A stretch of 37,187 nucleotides of DNA from a virus. Its lineage: Duplodnaviria; Heunggongvirae; Uroviricota; Caudoviricetes. Of this stretch, positions 26,571 to 36,790 are shown piece by piece. A model generated the notes under the pieces. That model saw nothing but the letters and a program-made list of their open reading frames with translations, was not told the origin of the DNA and made no database searches. Location of the stretch: IMG/VR virus record IMGVR_UViG_3300014204_000132; one strand, given 5' to 3'. A program made the position numbers and the translations under genes. Position 1 is the stretch's first letter. Every line of letters begins with the position of its first letter.

Positions 26571-27224
26571 ATGAATTTTACACATTTAATAGTAAGCAGA
26601 ATAAATATCCGATGGACTGAACATTCTAAAGATGAAAAATGGTTAAATAACCGTAAAACCATTCTTAATAATACATTAAGAGCATCAATTCAGGCTCAAA
26701 CAAATAAGAATTTTAAATTTGTAACTCTCTGGGGTTATGAACCCGAAGGTATGATTGAAAATGAATATACTATAAAGACTGAAGAAGTTGGATTAGAAAA
26801 TATTTTCAATGATATTGTACCTGAATTATATAAATTAATCGATGAAGATTATGTTTTAGTTACAAGAATAGATAGTGATAATTGTTTAAGTGATGATTTT
26901 GTTGATATACTTCAAAAAAATATTATAGAAGAAGCACCATATTATTATGATATTAAAAAAATGAATATATTTAATTTACTGACTAATGAAAAAAGAATTT
27001 GGAATGTTTCTAAAACCAGTGGATTTATTTCTGTTATGGAGAAAAAAGAGGATTTCATTTGTATACCATATAAATATAATCACTCAAAACTTGGTGAAGT
27101 TTATAGTGGTGTGGTTATTGACGATTTAAAAGTGTTGCTGAACGTCCACGAGGATAATGTAAAAGTTAAAATGATTGGTATACCAGCTAATTATGATATT
27201 GATAAATTTAATTTAAAACTATAA
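26571..27224 (+). CDS. Putative rhamnosyltransferase-family glycosyltransferase
   Basis: WL..R......TL.ASI.AQTNKNF and TRIDSD pattern. Confidence 0.65.
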   Translation: MNFTHLIVSRINIRWTEHSKDEKWLNNRKTILNNTLRASIQAQTNKNFKFVTLWGYEPEGMIENEYTIKTEEVGLENIFNDIVPELYKLIDEDYVLVTRIDSDNCLSDDFVDILQKNIIEEAPYYYDIKKMNIFNLLTNEKRIWNVSKTSGFISVMEKKEDFICIPYKYNHSKLGEVYSGVVIDDLKVLLNVHEDNVKVKMIGIPANYDIDKFNLKL

Positions 27225-27324
27225 AAAATTTTATTCGATTATTAAACAAAAATTATCATATTAACTATATATTTTATCACAGAACTCGGTTGTGTGAATA
27301 AATAATAAAAATTTAAGTTCAATA

Positions 27325-28122
27325 ATGAAAATATCATTAGTTACTGCTTATTATAATAGGAAACAATTATTCTTCAACACATTAAAATCTATTGAAAAAT
27401 CATCATTGAAGAAGGATTTAGAACTTATAGTAGTTGATGATGCATCAACAGATGACCAAAGGATTGAAGATTTTATCGATAAATTTGATTTAGATATAAA
27501 ATTATTAAGGATAGAAAAAAAAGATAAATGGTGGACAAATCCAAGTCTTCCATTTAATAAAGGATTTAAATTGGTTACTGGTGAAGTTGTTATCATACAG
27601 AATCCAGAATGTGTCCACATGGGTGACCTATTAAAAAATATTACTGAAAATATTAAAGATAATGTTTATTTAAATTTCGGGTGTTATTCTGTTGATGAAA
27701 AACTAACTTCTAAAATTAGTTATGTTTCTAAAAATGAATTTAATATACTTAAAATAAAATATTATATTGAACCTATGATTAATAGAGGTATAAATAGAGA
27801 CGGAGAAACAGCGTGGTATAATCATTCAAAGTATAGACCTCATCAGTTGCATTTTTGTTCAGCTATAACTAAAAAAGATTTATTTGATTTGGGTGGATTT
27901 GATGAACGATTTGCAAATGGAATAGCTTTCGATGATAATGAATTTTTGGTTCGAATAAAAAGAAAAAAAATGAATATAAAAATGGTTGATGAACCATTCG
28001 TCATTCATCAATATCATGGTAATACTAATTATAGTTCTAAGATAAATTTATTCAATAAAAATCGAGATATTTTTATCAACTATACATTGAAAGAAAATAA
28101 AATTAAAATACAGGATTTATAA
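27325..28122 (+). CDS. GT-A glycosyltransferase (paralog of 22326)
   Basis: AYYNR, IVVDDAS, QNPECVHMGD and GGFDERF..GIAFDDNE. Confidence 0.85.
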   Translation: MKISLVTAYYNRKQLFFNTLKSIEKSSLKKDLELIVVDDASTDDQRIEDFIDKFDLDIKLLRIEKKDKWWTNPSLPFNKGFKLVTGEVVIIQNPECVHMGDLLKNITENIKDNVYLNFGCYSVDEKLTSKISYVSKNEFNILKIKYYIEPMINRGINRDGETAWYNHSKYRPHQLHFCSAITKKDLFDLGGFDERFANGIAFDDNEFLVRIKRKKMNIKMVDEPFVIHQYHGNTNYSSKINLFNKNRDIFINYTLKENKIKIQDL

Positions 28123-28973
28123 TGATACCTAAAAGAATTTTTTTTTATTGGTCGGGTTCTGATTTATCTTGGATGAGATATATGACACTGTTTTCATTTA
28201 GACAATTTAACCCAGATTGGGACATAACTCTTTATATTTCCGACAATAAGAATAAGAATAAGTGGTACGGTAGAGAAGAACAAGATTTCTCTAATTATAA
28301 AGGGGTAAACTATTTATCACAGGTTGAAGAATTAAACATAAAAGTTCAAAAAATAAATTTACCAGATGATGTTAAAAACAAGGTTAAGGATTTATCACCT
28401 GTACATGAGAGTGATATATTCAGATATTATGAATTATTTTCTAATGGTGGAATATATGCCGATATGGACATTTTATTCTTTAGGCCAATTGATAAATTTT
28501 ATAAACAATTAATAGAAAATAATACTGATACACTAATTCATCAAGACACAGGGTTTATTACTATCGGATTCTTGGGTGCGGAAAGTGGTAATTCTTTTTA
28601 TAAGGATATATTAGACCATGCTTTAGACATAGAAAAGTATGATAACTATCAATCATTTGGTGTTGATTTAATTTATAGTATATACGGAACTAATCGTCAG
28701 AACCCATACATCATAGATAAAATACTACAAAAACATCCAGAATTAAATATTTTCAATTTAAAAAATGAAACTGTCTACAATTTCGACTGGACGATGATAG
28801 AATATAATAATCAATATGGGGTTGATATCAATAAATTTTCAAAAGAATCTATCGGGTATCATTGGTTTGGTGGGCATCCAATGTCACAGATGTTTAATAA
28901 TACTCTGAATGAAAAAAATTATGTGGATTATAATACAACGTTTTGTAAGTTGTGTAAAAATATTTTAAAATAA
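28122..28973 (+). CDS. DXD-motif glycosyltransferase (GT32/Gb3 synthase/OCH1-like)
   Basis: [10 protein letters not shown] and SDIFRY..L...GGIYADMD. Confidence 0.85.
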   Translation: MIPKRIFFYWSGSDLSWMRYMTLFSFRQFNPDWDITLYISDNKNKNKWYGREEQDFSNYKGVNYLSQVEELNIKVQKINLPDDVKNKVKDLSPVHESDIFRYYELFSNGGIYADMDILFFRPIDKFYKQLIENNTDTLIHQDTGFITIGFLGAESGNSFYKDILDHALDIEKYDNYQSFGVDLIYSIYGTNRQNPYIIDKILQKHPELNIFNLKNETVYNFDWTMIEYNNQYGVDINKFSKESIGYHWFGGHPMSQMFNNTLNEKNYVDYNTTFCKLCKNILK

Positions 28974-28974
28974 A

Positions 28975-29718
28975 ATGAAAAATAAATTTATTGTAATAGT
29001 ACCTGTTTATAATGCTGAACCATTCATTGAAAAATGTTTAAAATCTATACTAAATCAAACTTACAAAAATTTTGAATTGGTTGTAATAGATGATTGTTCA
29101 ACTGATAAAACCTATGAAGTAATTAATAAAGTTCATGCTGAATTTGGTAATTCTTTTAATGTATGTCAGAATCATATCAGAGTCGGTTCACCTCTGGCAA
29201 CTTTTATAAAAGGTATTGAATTCTTTTCTTTTAATAAAGAAGATATTTTAGTTACTGTCGATGGGGACGATTTTTTGTATGATAATTCAGTTTTCGAATA
29301 TCTGAATAACTCTTACCAAAATGAAAATATTTATATGACATATGGAAATTTTATTCCTTTCAGTGGAACATACGGTAAATTTTGTAAACCGATACCAGAT
29401 ACACAAACATATAGAAGAAGTGGTGCTTGGTATGCATCCCATCTTCGAACAGTTAAAAAGAAATTATTCGATTTAATAAACAAAGATGATTTAAGGGATT
29501 TTAATGGAGAATATTATAAGATGGCTGGTGATGCTGCATATATGTATCCTATAATTGAAATGGCTGGTAAGAATCATCTTTTATTTATTGATAAAGTGTT
29601 GTATGTGTATAATGACATGAATATTTTAAATGAGATGCATGTAAATACTAATTTACAATTAGAAATTGCAGCAGAAATAAGAAGTAAGACTCCGTACACT
29701 GAAATAAATAAAATATAA
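28975..29718 (+). CDS. GT2 glycosyltransferase
   Basis: [30 protein letters not shown] and VDGDD. Confidence 0.9.
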   Translation: MKNKFIVIVPVYNAEPFIEKCLKSILNQTYKNFELVVIDDCSTDKTYEVINKVHAEFGNSFNVCQNHIRVGSPLATFIKGIEFFSFNKEDILVTVDGDDFLYDNSVFEYLNNSYQNENIYMTYGNFIPFSGTYGKFCKPIPDTQTYRRSGAWYASHLRTVKKKLFDLINKDDLRDFNGEYYKMAGDAAYMYPIIEMAGKNHLLFIDKVLYVYNDMNILNEMHVNTNLQLEIAAEIRSKTPYTEINKI

Positions 29719-30527
29719 TGAATATTATAGTTTTTAGTAAAGATAGAGCAATGCAATTGGAGTTATTCATTAGAAGCTTCAATATATATGTTAAAAATCC
29801 AGATAAATATTGGATAAAAATTTTATACACATATTCTGATGATAAATTTAAAAACGGTTACGAAAAATTAATAAGTGAATCAAACGGAGATATATTGTGG
29901 AAAAAAGAAGAAAATTTCAAATCAGATTTAATAAATTTAATAAATCAATATGATGCATTCACTGTATTTTTTGTTGATGATATAATATTTAAAAACACGA
30001 TAGATTTTGATGATAAACAAAAAGAAATATTTGAACAAGATAATGAAATATTATGTAGAAGTTTAAGATTACAACCAGATTTAACACATTCATATGCATC
30101 TAAAACAAATATGGTTAATCCAATGTTCTTAGATAATAATATTTATTTGTGGAAAGGTGAAAGTGGAGATTATGGTTATCCAATGTCCGTAGATGGACAT
30201 ATTTTCAGAACGAATCAGATATTTCCCTATGTATTAAATTTACCTTATACAAACCCTAATTCATTTGAAGGTAATATGGCTATTAGACCAATAAATTTAC
30301 CAAAAATGATTTGTTATGATAAATCGATAATTATAAATAACCCTTGTAATAAAGTTCAAACAAATAATCCAAACTATCATGGTATTATTGATGTGAGAGA
30401 ACTTAATAAAAAGTTTTTAGACGGATTTATTATTAGTTTAGAAAATATTGATGGTTTAAAAAATAATGCATGTCATCAGGAAATAGATTTGATTTTTAAA
30501 AATAAAAATAAAAAAAATGTTACTTAA
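29718..30527 (+). CDS. GT-A-like glycosyltransferase
   Basis: IIVFSKDRAMQL N-terminus and FFVDDIIF (DD motif); cluster context. Confidence 0.55.
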   Translation: MNIIVFSKDRAMQLELFIRSFNIYVKNPDKYWIKILYTYSDDKFKNGYEKLISESNGDILWKKEENFKSDLINLINQYDAFTVFFVDDIIFKNTIDFDDKQKEIFEQDNEILCRSLRLQPDLTHSYASKTNMVNPMFLDNNIYLWKGESGDYGYPMSVDGHIFRTNQIFPYVLNLPYTNPNSFEGNMAIRPINLPKMICYDKSIIINNPCNKVQTNNPNYHGIIDVRELNKKFLDGFIISLENIDGLKNNACHQEIDLIFKNKNKKNVT

Positions 30528-31137
30528 TCTTGAAAATTTAATAAAAAAATATAATCTGAATTTAAAAGGTGTTCTTCATATTGGCGCACACTTTGGTAGG
30601 GAAATGGATGCTTATAAAAAAGCTAATATTAAAAATGTTATGTTTTTTGAGCCTTTACCTCATACATTTGAAAAATTAAAACAATATGTTGGTGAAAATA
30701 ATGCAATATTTGTCAATAAAGCACTTGGTAATAAAATTGGAAAAGCTGATATGTATGTTGAATATGATAATGAAAGCCAATCATCATCTTTATTAGAACC
30801 CATGTTACATGTAACACAATACCCAAATATTAAATTTAATGATAAAATTGAAGTTGAAATTGATAAACTGGATAATATACCATACAATCGAAATGATTTT
30901 AATTTTATTAATATTGATGTTCAAGGATATGAATTAGAAGTTTTTAAAGGTGCTATAAAATCATTGAATACAATAGATATTATAATGACTGAAATAAATA
31001 GAGCTAACTTATATAAAGATTGTGTATTAGAAGATGAATTGGATGAATTTCTATTAAAACATTACAACTTCAAAAGAGTTGAAACATTTTGGGCTGGTGG
31101 TACTTGGGGTGATGCACTTTATATTAAAAATAAATAA
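30517..31137 (+). CDS. FkbM-family methyltransferase
   Basis: LHIGAHFG.E, FFEP, NKALG and INIDVQGYELEV..GA. Confidence 0.9.
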   Translation: MLLNLENLIKKYNLNLKGVLHIGAHFGREMDAYKKANIKNVMFFEPLPHTFEKLKQYVGENNAIFVNKALGNKIGKADMYVEYDNESQSSSLLEPMLHVTQYPNIKFNDKIEVEIDKLDNIPYNRNDFNFINIDVQGYELEVFKGAIKSLNTIDIIMTEINRANLYKDCVLEDELDEFLLKHYNFKRVETFWAGGTWGDALYIKNK

Positions 31138-31143
31138 AAGATT

Positions 31144-31866
31144 ATGATATCATTAGCAATACCAACATATAATAGACATTTATTAACATTAGAATCTTTT
31201 AACCAAGTGTTAGATAACGATTTTATTGAAGAAATTGTAATTATAGATGATAATTCTATTCAAACTTATTATGATACTCTTAAAAATGAAATTGATAAAT
31301 TAAACAATACGAAAATTAAAATATTTCGAAACGAAAGAAATTTTAAGCCATTATTAAATAAAACAATAACAGTAGAACATTGTAAAAATGATTGGGTCAT
31401 TTTATTGGATTCAGATAACATTATTGATGATTCTTATATTAATATTATTAAAAGAATAGATGCGAAAGATGATATATTATATTGTCCAGAAATCTTATAT
31501 CAAAACACAGCTAAAAATACAATTTCTCTTAATTATAAAAACTTCACTGGATTAGATATAAATAAAAATACCTTGAAGAATTTTATACATATAGAATTAT
31601 TCGATGCACTTTTAAATACTGGAAATTATTTTGTCAATAGAAATAATTATTTAAAAATTTTAAAAAATAAAGAAATCGATAATGAACTGAGCATTAATGA
31701 TGCTTTATATTTTTCATATCTGTGGTTAATGGAGGGATTTAAAATTGAGGTAGTACCCGATTTATCATATATTCATCGTGTCCACAATAATAGTTGGTAT
31801 ATAACTCACACTAATGAATGTCAATTATCAACAACAAAAATATTTGAAAAAATAAGAAATATGTAA
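31144..31866 (+). CDS. GT2 glycosyltransferase
   Basis: ISLAIPTYNR, IVIIDDNS, RNERN and LLDSDN. Confidence 0.85.
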   Translation: MISLAIPTYNRHLLTLESFNQVLDNDFIEEIVIIDDNSIQTYYDTLKNEIDKLNNTKIKIFRNERNFKPLLNKTITVEHCKNDWVILLDSDNIIDDSYINIIKRIDAKDDILYCPEILYQNTAKNTISLNYKNFTGLDINKNTLKNFIHIELFDALLNTGNYFVNRNNYLKILKNKEIDNELSINDALYFSYLWLMEGFKIEVVPDLSYIHRVHNNSWYITHTNECQLSTTKIFEKIRNM

Positions 31867-32723
31867 TGAATATAGTTGATGTTCCATCAAAGTTTATAGT
31901 TAAAACAAATCATGAATATCCACCATATAATAAAAAGGTATTTGAAGAATATTTTTTAGATTATTTTATAAAAAACAAAATAGAAACTGAATATTTTTAT
32001 TTACCGATTCTTTGGACGAATTTGTATATCAGTCGGGATTATGGTAATACTGATATGAACGATATTCAATTGTTTTTAAATAGTCTTGATACATCTAAAA
32101 AATATTTTACCATTGTTCAATATGATGATGGTATTCTTCAAAATATAGAACATGTGGATTTATTTGTATTTGGTCAGGGCGGTGGTGGTAAAAAAGTCGT
32201 ACCAGAAAAAAACATTGGTTATCCAATACCGTTGAATTGTAATGTCAATCCTCATATAAATAAAAATAGAGAGCGTGATATTTTTTGCAGTTTTGTCGGA
32301 GTGATTAATGGTAGACATTTTATTCGGGAAAAAATAAAATTTTTATATGAAAATGAATTCATATTAAAAGAAAGGGTCGGATATAATGTTTTCATTGATA
32401 TATTAGAAAGAAGTGTTTTTTCATTATGTCCGAGGGGGTATGGTGCAACATCATTTAGAATTTGTGAATCACTACAACATGGTTCAATTCCAGTTTATGT
32501 ATATGATAAACCTTGGATACCTTGGATTGGTGAATTCGATTTTAATGATATTGGAATATTAATTTCTGAAAATGAAATCGAAAATATTAAAACAATACTT
32601 TGTTCTAAAACAGAAAATGATATAAAAAAATATAGAACCAATGGTGAAATAATATATAAAGAATACTTTAGTTTCGCTGGGTGTTCAAATCAAATAATAA
32701 ATAAATTAAATAAATTATGTTAA
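31866..32723 (+). CDS. Exostosin-like (GT47) glycosyltransferase
   Basis: RDIFCSFVG and SVFSLCPRGYGATSFRICESLQHGSIPV, typical of the exostosin C-terminal motif. Confidence 0.8.
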   Translation: MNIVDVPSKFIVKTNHEYPPYNKKVFEEYFLDYFIKNKIETEYFYLPILWTNLYISRDYGNTDMNDIQLFLNSLDTSKKYFTIVQYDDGILQNIEHVDLFVFGQGGGGKKVVPEKNIGYPIPLNCNVNPHINKNRERDIFCSFVGVINGRHFIREKIKFLYENEFILKERVGYNVFIDILERSVFSLCPRGYGATSFRICESLQHGSIPVYVYDKPWIPWIGEFDFNDIGILISENEIENIKTILCSKTENDIKKYRTNGEIIYKEYFSFAGCSNQIINKLNKLC

Positions 32724-33403
32724 GTAATAATGATATTAATGATATTTATAACAACTATGTTAAAATAAATTACACAATAGAATATACTAATAAATACGTT
32801 CCTCTACCACTTCAATATAATAATAAACAATGGAAATGGGAAGGGAAAGATTTTCCCCGAATCATAGCTTTGCTCGAATTTAGAGAATATATGTTAGAAT
32901 ATAATAAAACTTTTAATGATGTTTTATCATTCAACGGAGATAGCGACCCAGAATATGAATATATGAAATATAATAATCTTCATAATTTTAATTATGAAGA
33001 AAATGAAAAATATGATTTACATAAAATTGATTTAGACAAAAAAGATTTTGATTTTGCAATGACGAATCAAACAATTGAACATTTATATAATCCTATTTTA
33101 GCCATAAAAAATATTTATAATCATTTGAAAATTGGTGGAATTTTTTATACAAATGTTCCAGCAGACAATGTGCCACATTCAACACCATTTCATTTTTATA
33201 CTGGTATTACACCTGTTGGTTTAGGCGCAATGGTTAAATTGGCTGGATTTGATATACTTAAAATTGGACAATGGGGTAATAAGGAGTATTTTAGACAAAT
33301 GCACGATAAATTATGGTCAGATTATACTTATTCTACTCGTGCTGGATATAATGACGTGAAATGCCCTATTATAACTTGGTGTTTAGCTATAAAAAATAAA
33401 TAA
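32717..33403 (+). CDS. Class I SAM-dependent methyltransferase
   Basis: FDFAMTNQTIEHLYNP..AIKNIYNHLKIGG; motif I is degenerate (VLSFNG). Confidence 0.7.
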   Translation: MLSNNDINDIYNNYVKINYTIEYTNKYVPLPLQYNNKQWKWEGKDFPRIIALLEFREYMLEYNKTFNDVLSFNGDSDPEYEYMKYNNLHNFNYEENEKYDLHKIDLDKKDFDFAMTNQTIEHLYNPILAIKNIYNHLKIGGIFYTNVPADNVPHSTPFHFYTGITPVGLGAMVKLAGFDILKIGQWGNKEYFRQMHDKLWSDYTYSTRAGYNDVKCPIITWCLAIKNK

Positions 33404-33408
33404 TTTGA

Positions 33409-34086
33409 ATGAAAATAATAGTATTAGTTTTATCTTCTAATAATACCAAATATAATATTTTAAATGAAACGATAAAAAAAACTTGTTTTTCTGAAAATGA
33501 TAACGACATTGAAATATTTTATTATTACGGAAATTCTGATAAATTATATCAAGAAAATGAAAATATATATTGTCCTGTTGAAGAAACTGTATCTAATATT
33601 GGGAGGAAAACAGTTTCTGTGTTTGAATGGGTGTTGAATAATAAAACATTTGATTATATATTTAGAACAAATGAGTCGTCATATATTGATTTATATAATC
33701 TGAAAAAGTTTATAGAAAATAAACCGAGAACTAATTTTTATTGTGCCAACCCCATATTTGTTAATGGGTTGTGGGTAGGTGCTGGGGTATATTTTTTATC
33801 AAAAGACGTTGTTGAAATGGTTTCAAAATATAAACAAAATATACATCATGAATTACCTGACGATGTTGCATTAGGTTTTTTAATGCACGATTTAAAAATA
33901 TCCTTATTTGAAATGACAAAAGAAACATTGGGTACTTGGGATAATATTGATTTTTTTAATTTAACAGAAGATAAAATAGATTTTACACAATTTTATTATA
34001 GATGCCGTTGTCATGATAGAATGGATGATATTAGAATAATGAAAAAACTTCATGAAATGATAAAAAGAAAACACACACATGAGTGA
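33409..34086 (+). CDS. GT31/fringe-like glycosyltransferase
   Basis: FDYIFRTNESSYI, GAGVYFLSKDVV and PDDVALG. Confidence 0.65.
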   Translation: MKIIVLVLSSNNTKYNILNETIKKTCFSENDNDIEIFYYYGNSDKLYQENENIYCPVEETVSNIGRKTVSVFEWVLNNKTFDYIFRTNESSYIDLYNLKKFIENKPRTNFYCANPIFVNGLWVGAGVYFLSKDVVEMVSKYKQNIHHELPDDVALGFLMHDLKISLFEMTKETLGTWDNIDFFNLTEDKIDFTQFYYRCRCHDRMDDIRIMKKLHEMIKRKHTHE

Positions 34087-34855
34087 TTATTGTATTATAT
34101 TAATGACTAATAAGCCGTATTTAGAAAAAGCTTTAGATACGATAAATCAAATCAGGAAAATAGGACTGTATGAAAAAGATGTGGTATTATTAATTGGTGA
34201 TGATTTGAAAGATGATAATAATATTAAGAATGTAGAAAATTATAATACAATTATAAAATATTTTCCAGAATTTGATAGAAGTGATATAATCAAAGAATTA
34301 AGATATAAACCCATAAGCCTTGATGGTAGAGAGGTAAATAAAATATTTCAATGGCATAAAATTCATTGTTTTGACGTATATTTTAAACAGTGGAAAAAAT
34401 GTTTATATGTAGATAGTGGTATGAAAATTTTTAAACCTATTGATAAAATAATATCATTAGATTGTACAAATGTTTTATTGGCACATTCTGATGCGTATCC
34501 TATGTATGATTGGAAATTAAATGTGCAATTTGATTATTTTTATTTTAAAGATTTATATAATGAATTAAATGAAGAATATGATTTAAATATAGATTATTTC
34601 CAATCTGGTATCTTATTATATGATACTAATATAATAACTGACAATACTAAAACAGATTTGATAGAATTATCTTATAAATATATCAATTCAAAAACAAACG
34701 AACAGGGGGTATTAAATATATATTTTAATTGTATTAAAAAAATTTGGAAACAAATAAAAATAAAAGATGATGAAACCCATTACTACGATTATTGGGAAAG
34801 GTATAATTTGAAATGTAGTGATTATATTATGTTAAAGTATCCAAAAACAATTTGA
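34079..34855 (+). CDS. GT8-like glycosyltransferase
   Basis: KLH-like HKIHCF, CLYVDSG, FQSGILLYD and NEQGVLN. Confidence 0.7.
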   Translation: MSDYCIILMTNKPYLEKALDTINQIRKIGLYEKDVVLLIGDDLKDDNNIKNVENYNTIIKYFPEFDRSDIIKELRYKPISLDGREVNKIFQWHKIHCFDVYFKQWKKCLYVDSGMKIFKPIDKIISLDCTNVLLAHSDAYPMYDWKLNVQFDYFYFKDLYNELNEEYDLNIDYFQSGILLYDTNIITDNTKTDLIELSYKYINSKTNEQGVLNIYFNCIKKIWKQIKIKDDETHYYDYWERYNLKCSDYIMLKYPKTI

Positions 34856-34860
34856 TAATT

Positions 34861-35463
34861 ATGGAGCATTTTATAAAAAATTTATTTAAATACATAAACC
34901 ACAGAGACGGATTCTATATAGAATGTGGTGCAAATGATGGTGTATTTTATAGTTATACATATGAATTGGAAAAATTAAATTGGAATGGAATATTAATAGA
35001 ACCATCAATAAAAGCTTTTGATGAATGTATTAAGAATCGTTCTAAAAATAATTTTTTTTATAATTGTGCTTTAGTTTCTTCTGATAATATTAAAGAAATA
35101 TACGGAGATTTTGATGGTTCATGTATGTCAAGTGTTAATGGTGACAGATTAAAAAGACAGCCCCAGACAAAAGTGGAATGTAGAACATTGACATCTATAT
35201 TGAAAGAGTTAAATATAAGTAACATAGATTTATTTAGTTTAGATGTGGAAGGGTATGAGATGGAAGTCTTAAAAGGACTGAATTTTAATATTTATAGTCC
35301 TCAATATATTTTAATAGAAGTGTATGAAAATAATAAAAATGAAATTTTTTCTTTCATGACTAAAAATAATTATGATTATGTAGATAATATAACAGGTTAT
35401 AATATTACAGATTTTCCATATTGGGATGGTACACACAACGATTTACTGTTCGTTAAAAAATAA
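34861..35463 (+). CDS. FkbM-family methyltransferase (ATG 34861 preferred over TTG 34852)
   Basis: YIECGANDG, GILIEP and IDLFSLDVEGYEMEVLKG. Confidence 0.9.
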   Translation: MEHFIKNLFKYINHRDGFYIECGANDGVFYSYTYELEKLNWNGILIEPSIKAFDECIKNRSKNNFFYNCALVSSDNIKEIYGDFDGSCMSSVNGDRLKRQPQTKVECRTLTSILKELNISNIDLFSLDVEGYEMEVLKGLNFNIYSPQYILIEVYENNKNEIFSFMTKNNYDYVDNITGYNITDFPYWDGTHNDLLFVKK

Positions 35464-35473
35464 TAAATATAGG

Positions 35474-36718
35474 ATGAGTGAATACAAGAAAAGAACTAAA
35501 TGTGCAATTTGTGGTGGAGAAGAATTTGTTACGGTATTAAATTATGGTGAAGTTTCATTAGCAGGTTTTTTTCCTAAAGAAGACCAATTAAATAATATAA
35601 AAACCTATGAGCTTAGTTTATTATATTGTCCTACTTGTCATTTACTTCAATCTAATAGTATTGTCGAAGCTGATTATTTGTTTAAAGATTATAGGTATTT
35701 ATCATCAGTTTCTTTACAGAAACATTTTAATGAATATTCTAAATATTTAATAGAATATTTTAATTTAAACTCTAATTCCAAAGTATTGGAAATAGGTTCT
35801 AATGATGGTGTTTTATTAAAACCACTTAATGATTCTGGAATACTTGCTAAAGGATTTGAACCATCAGACAATGTTTCTAAGATAGCAATAGACAGAGGGT
35901 GTGATATAATACATGACTATTTCAATTTTGAAAATGCTCAAAAATATTGTGTAAAAAATAGTTTTGATTTAATTACAGCTTCAAATACTTTCGCTCATGT
36001 TGATGATATACAATCAGTTGTTAAAGGTATTCATTATGCATTGAAAGAAGATGGATGTTTTATTTTTGAAGTTCATTATGGTAAAAATATAATTGAGGAA
36101 TTACAATATGATAATGTTTATCATGAACATATTTATTATTATACAGTGACAGCTCTGAAATATTTATTTGATATGAATAATATGACTATTGTTAATGTTG
36201 ATGAAATACCATTACATTCTGGTAGTATCAGGGTTATTGTATTTAATAAAGTTGAGCCTGTAAATGAAAAAATAGTTCAAGTTTTAGAAAAAGAAAAATT
36301 ATTGGGTGTTGATACACCAAAATATTACGATGATTTTAAAAATAGAGTGCTAATTCACCAACACGAATTATATAAATGTTTGATTGGTATTAAAAATAAA
36401 GGTTATAACATTGCTGGATATGGAGCATCTGGTCGTGCAAATATGTTATGTAATTTCAATAATATTGACAATACTCTTATTGATTATATAATTGATGAAT
36501 CACCTGAAAGATATGGTAGGTATATAAATAATATCCCCATACTTAGTAGCGATAAATTAAATATTAATACAGATTATATAGTCATATTTGCGTGGAACTA
36601 TTCAAAAATGATAATTTCTAAACTTATAAATAATTATGATTTTACTTATATCATACCTTTTCCAGATATAAGAATTATTAATCGTATAGATGAGATAGAA
36701 GATATAAATACGTTATAA
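35474..36718 (+). CDS. NDP-hexose C-methyltransferase (Zn-binding N-domain, SAM domain, C-terminal domain); ATG 35474 preferred
   Basis: CAICG...CPTC, VLEIGSNDG, HEHIYYY and GYGASGRAN match the EryBIII/TcaB9-type layout. Confidence 0.85.
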   Translation: MSEYKKRTKCAICGGEEFVTVLNYGEVSLAGFFPKEDQLNNIKTYELSLLYCPTCHLLQSNSIVEADYLFKDYRYLSSVSLQKHFNEYSKYLIEYFNLNSNSKVLEIGSNDGVLLKPLNDSGILAKGFEPSDNVSKIAIDRGCDIIHDYFNFENAQKYCVKNSFDLITASNTFAHVDDIQSVVKGIHYALKEDGCFIFEVHYGKNIIEELQYDNVYHEHIYYYTVTALKYLFDMNNMTIVNVDEIPLHSGSIRVIVFNKVEPVNEKIVQVLEKEKLLGVDTPKYYDDFKNRVLIHQHELYKCLIGIKNKGYNIAGYGASGRANMLCNFNNIDNTLIDYIIDESPERYGRYINNIPILSSDKLNINTDYIVIFAWNYSKMIISKLINNYDFTYIIPFPDIRIINRIDEIEDINTL

Positions 36719-36756
36719 AAATGACAAAAGAAGAATTTTTTAATGTGTTAAAAACA

Positions 36757-36787
36757 TTGACATTGATTATGAAAAATATATTATAAT
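36757..36787 (+). promoter_or_regulatory. Possible sigma70 promoter (TTGACA-19 nt-TATAAT)
   Basis: Both hexamers match consensus, but the spacer is long and the DNA is very AT-rich. Confidence 0.3.
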
Positions 36788-36790
36788 ATT

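Noticed and set aside
27277-27297. Small hairpin TCACAGAAC-tcg-GTTGTGTGA in the 100-bp gap within the glycan cluster
   Set aside because: Short, with an internal mismatch and a 3-nt loop, and no T tract; cannot be supported as a terminator or RNA element.
19554-36718. Cluster read as a bacterial O-antigen/capsule locus or a DNA hypermodification locus
   Set aside because: No wzx/wzy/wzz/ABC or priming transferase is visible, and no hydroxymethylase, dNMP kinase or base-modification gene is in the window. Neither reading is fully excluded without the rest of the genome.
36721-36786. 21-codon ORF MTKEEFFNVLKTLTLIMKNIL
   Set aside because: Too short, no motif, and it overlaps putative promoter elements.
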